The position numbers and the translations under genes are program-made. Positions 61,250 through 64,000 of a stretch of DNA of 64,000 nt are shown piece by piece. Position 1 is the first letter of the stretch; every line of letters starts with the position of its first letter. This stretch comes from Raillietiella orientalis (taxonomy: Eukaryota). The notes below the pieces were generated by a model, which was not told where the DNA came from, did not search any database, and was given only the letters and a program-made list of their open reading frames with translations. Location: NCBI GenBank assembly GCA_036172245.1, contig JAYWIR010000003.1, forward strand, positions 1,054,001-1,118,000. The letters are read 5' to 3'.

Positions 61250-62200
61250 GGTACGAAACAAAAAGAAAACAAAAAAATAAACAAAACTGGGGAGGGAGCG
61301 GGAAGGGATCACTGTCTGCTGGGAGGGTCCGTCATCCTCTGGAGGATGCCGGCAATCTGTTGCTGAATGGTGGATGTCAGATGGCGCCATCGCGTCGCCA
61401 TCCGCAGGAAGCGGGCGGCATACACGGTGGCACCCCTGTCGCTGGATCCTCCCGTCGCTTTGCTCCATGCCACGACGATCCCGCGTAGGCAGCACAGGGC
61501 TGCAAGCGAGGCCGCTGGAGGCAGGGCGTCTCGGACGAAGAGGGGGCGCAAAACGCCTCTTGGGTTGCCTCCGGGGATACCCAGGACCGCGGCAAAGCGT
61601 TCCCACAAGGGACGGAGCGCAACACAATCCACTAACAGGTGGGGGAGGTATTCCGTCTGCCCACATCTGACACAATTGGGGGTTGACACCCCCCTCGCGT
61701 ACTGTGGCGTCGGCGGGCGTTGCAGGTGAGGCCCCAATGCAACACCATGAAGTGGCAACAGGCGGCACTGCTGGGGAGGGTGTGCGAGTCCATGAGCACC
61801 GGGGGCAACTCGTGATGTTCCTCAGGAACATCCAGTAGCTCGCCCCAGCGCAACAGTCCTTGTGCGGTGGTCCCCGGAGTGGCAGCTCTGTTCAGCTGGC
61901 CCGTTCTCCAATCCCCGATCTTCTTTTCCCTGTTGGCGATCTTAACGGCAACCTGCCATTGTGCCGCGATGTCGCTACCCAGATGTTCACGTAGGGTAAT
62001 GCAGTACCGCAGCAAGGGAGCTTCTTTCTGCCCACGCTCTCCTTCGGGGGCACGGCTCGCCGATCGGGCACTCCTTCCGCTCACCCAATGTTCGCAGGGT
62101 CGGCAGGCGCACAAGAAGCGTTTCGAAGATGAGCGAGTAAACGCGTTGGACCACGCTCCTCGGATCGAGGTCCCTGCCGAGAAAGCGATGCCGGCGACCA
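61250..62200 (-). mobile_element. 3' end of a Tx1/L1-like retrotransposon with zf-RVT (CCHC) domain
   Basis: PNCVRCGQTEYLPHLLVDCVALRPLW...FLRMATRWRHL...IAGILQRMTDPP, stop at 61309-61311, then a pyrimidine/T-rich tail. Confidence 0.75.
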
Positions 62201-62229
62201 GGCCGAAGACAGGAGCTACGAAGGAAACG

Positions 62230-64000
62230 GTCAGAAAGAAGAAAAGGAAATGAAGAAAATAAAAGAAAGTGAATGCAAGTCGAAGCTTCGACAAAGGAAG
62301 GCTGCCTGCTTCGGAACGTCCTCTGCATGGATGTCCTTCCAAGAATGCAGGCAAGTTCATGCTTCCCACATGGGGTTTCTTCGATGACGACAAGAGAAAG
62401 CGGACCGCAGCAAGGCTGTCGTCGTCGCCTGTCTCGACGGCGCTGCAGGCAGCTGCAATCCCTCGCAGGAAGCACAGAGCTGCCAGGGATGCGGCCGGCG
62501 GCAGGACATCACGTACGAACAAGGGTGCCGAATGCTTTTCACAGTTGCTTCTGCAGGTGGCTGGGATCGCGTCCGAGCGCTCCCATCACGTCCGAAGGGG
62601 AACACCATCCGCGAGCAGCTGCGGGAGAGATTCCCGTTCTGCAGAAATTACTGCAGTTCGCGTCCACACCCCTCTCCAGCTCGGATCCCATGATGACGAG
62701 AAGCGCCGCACGAGAGACACCAGTGCAAATACAGTATCGCGGACTCCAGCAGTTCAGTAAGGAAGTGTGGGTGTTCCGGAGCAGTGGGGGCCAATCGAGA
62801 CCCTGCAGGGGTATTTCGAGCAGCTCACTCGACGACGAGAGTCGTGTAAGAGGGGCACTCGGCCTCCGTTTGGATACCGTTCGCGGGGTGCTAAGGAATC
62901 CCACCGCCTCCCCTTGTCAGATGAGTGAGTCGCCGTAGGATGACTGTGCGCCTCCGGACTTGGCTTCGGCGCCGCCTCGGCAAGAACGAGCGTCCTTCGC
63001 GATTAGCATGCGTCCACCTGGCCAATGCCGTCCGTCAAAGTCGTCGGATCGTTCGCTCCCAAGGCAGGAGCACTCAAGTCCTTCTGGCGGAATCGGCACC
63101 TCGCCGTGCTCGAAAAGGCTTTGCGGAGGTGGTCGTCGGTCTGCTTGTCAACTTCGCCGGGGGCGGTAGCACAAACAAGACGCAGGGAGTGGAGCACTCG
63201 CACCGTGGGCCGTTCCAGAAATGGAAGCTCGCCCTGTTGCAACAGATGGTGCGCGAGCTCGCTCTTCTGAAGGCGGTTGGACCCCACTTTCGGTGAAGGG
63301 AATTCCTGAGACGAGGCGCCGAGGAATTTCAGACACGCACCCCTAGAAATCCGTTTTCGTCGCCGAGCCCACGCCAGACCCACACCAACCACAGACCTCA
63401 TTTCTCCGTTTCGCTTGAGGAACGTTTCGCGTTTTCTAAGCCCGAGGGACGCTGCGGGAGCTGACGCTGCATTGGACCCGCGTTTAGCAGCGTATATCGC
63501 GGGCGTAGCGAAGTACGAACTCTTCAAAGAAGGCAGAGTCTGCCTGCATGCCCTCTGCATCTACTGGAAACAGATATTCGAGAGGAGGGGGCTCTGACTG
63601 TCACTCTGTAGCACGCCGTACCTCGGTTGCGCGCTTTCCACGTCCTCAACTACGAAGGACAGACCCATGAGCTCTCAGAAGCAAGTTGAGCGTCGCAGAT
63701 AAGCCCTTGAAAGGTTGTACAGCCCATGCCTTCCGGATGTCTCCGGGGAAGCGCCCGGTCGACTCTGTCGAAGGCTTTACGCAAATCAACTGCGACTTCC
63801 AAGACCCCAGTTCCCTACCCTGACGACCGTGAGCAGGAGCGGGCGACGAGTGCGGTGGAGGAAGGTGGGAAGCAGTAGCGCGAGACAACCGGCAAGAGGA
63901 AGCCGCCGGCTTAAACCACTTAAGCCGCTGGCGAGCTCGAACGTCGGGCTCCAGGTCGCCGACCGGCGCGCGCTGCTCCGCTCACCCGCAGGCTCGCAGC
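62230..64000 (-). mobile_element. Second 3' portion of the same Tx1/L1-like family, head-to-tail with the previous copy
   Basis: GVDANCSNFC zinc-knuckle remnant; LFVRDVLPPAASLAALCFLRGIAAA is nearly identical to LFVRDALPPAASLAALCCLRGIVVA of the 61309-61758 copy; T-rich tail at ~62270-62235. Confidence 0.65.

Noticed and set aside
50000..64000. Numerous long overlapping Arg/Ala/Pro-rich ORFs (e.g. 59665-60726, 353 aa)
   Set aside because: Expected from high GC content and antisense TE frames; no coherent domains.

Overview
Eukaryotic, most likely arthropod, genomic DNA in two very different halves. The AT-rich left half (~1-33 kb) holds spliced genes that I reconstructed exon by exon: the 5' part of a SET1/SETD1 H3K4 methyltransferase (-), a complete BolA1 (-), a BRPF/peregrin-family gene (-) and a WAC gene (+, 5' end not found). 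Nineteen of their introns are only 38-50 nt long, and one WAC intron contains an intronless, decayed ankyrin fragment resembling endosymbiont (Wolbachia-type) ANK genes. The GC/CpG-rich right half (~33.5-64 kb) is mostly decayed L1/Tx1-like retrotransposons with piggyBac and mariner relics. Embedded in it are an intact GM2-activator (ML-domain) gene, a 692-bp inverted repeat in which I found no mismatch, and a four-member cluster of intronless, highly divergent BAF (barrier-to-autointegration factor)-like genes (two intact, two pseudogenes) that share flanking non-coding modules. All homology calls come from motif recognition by eye; no database search was run.
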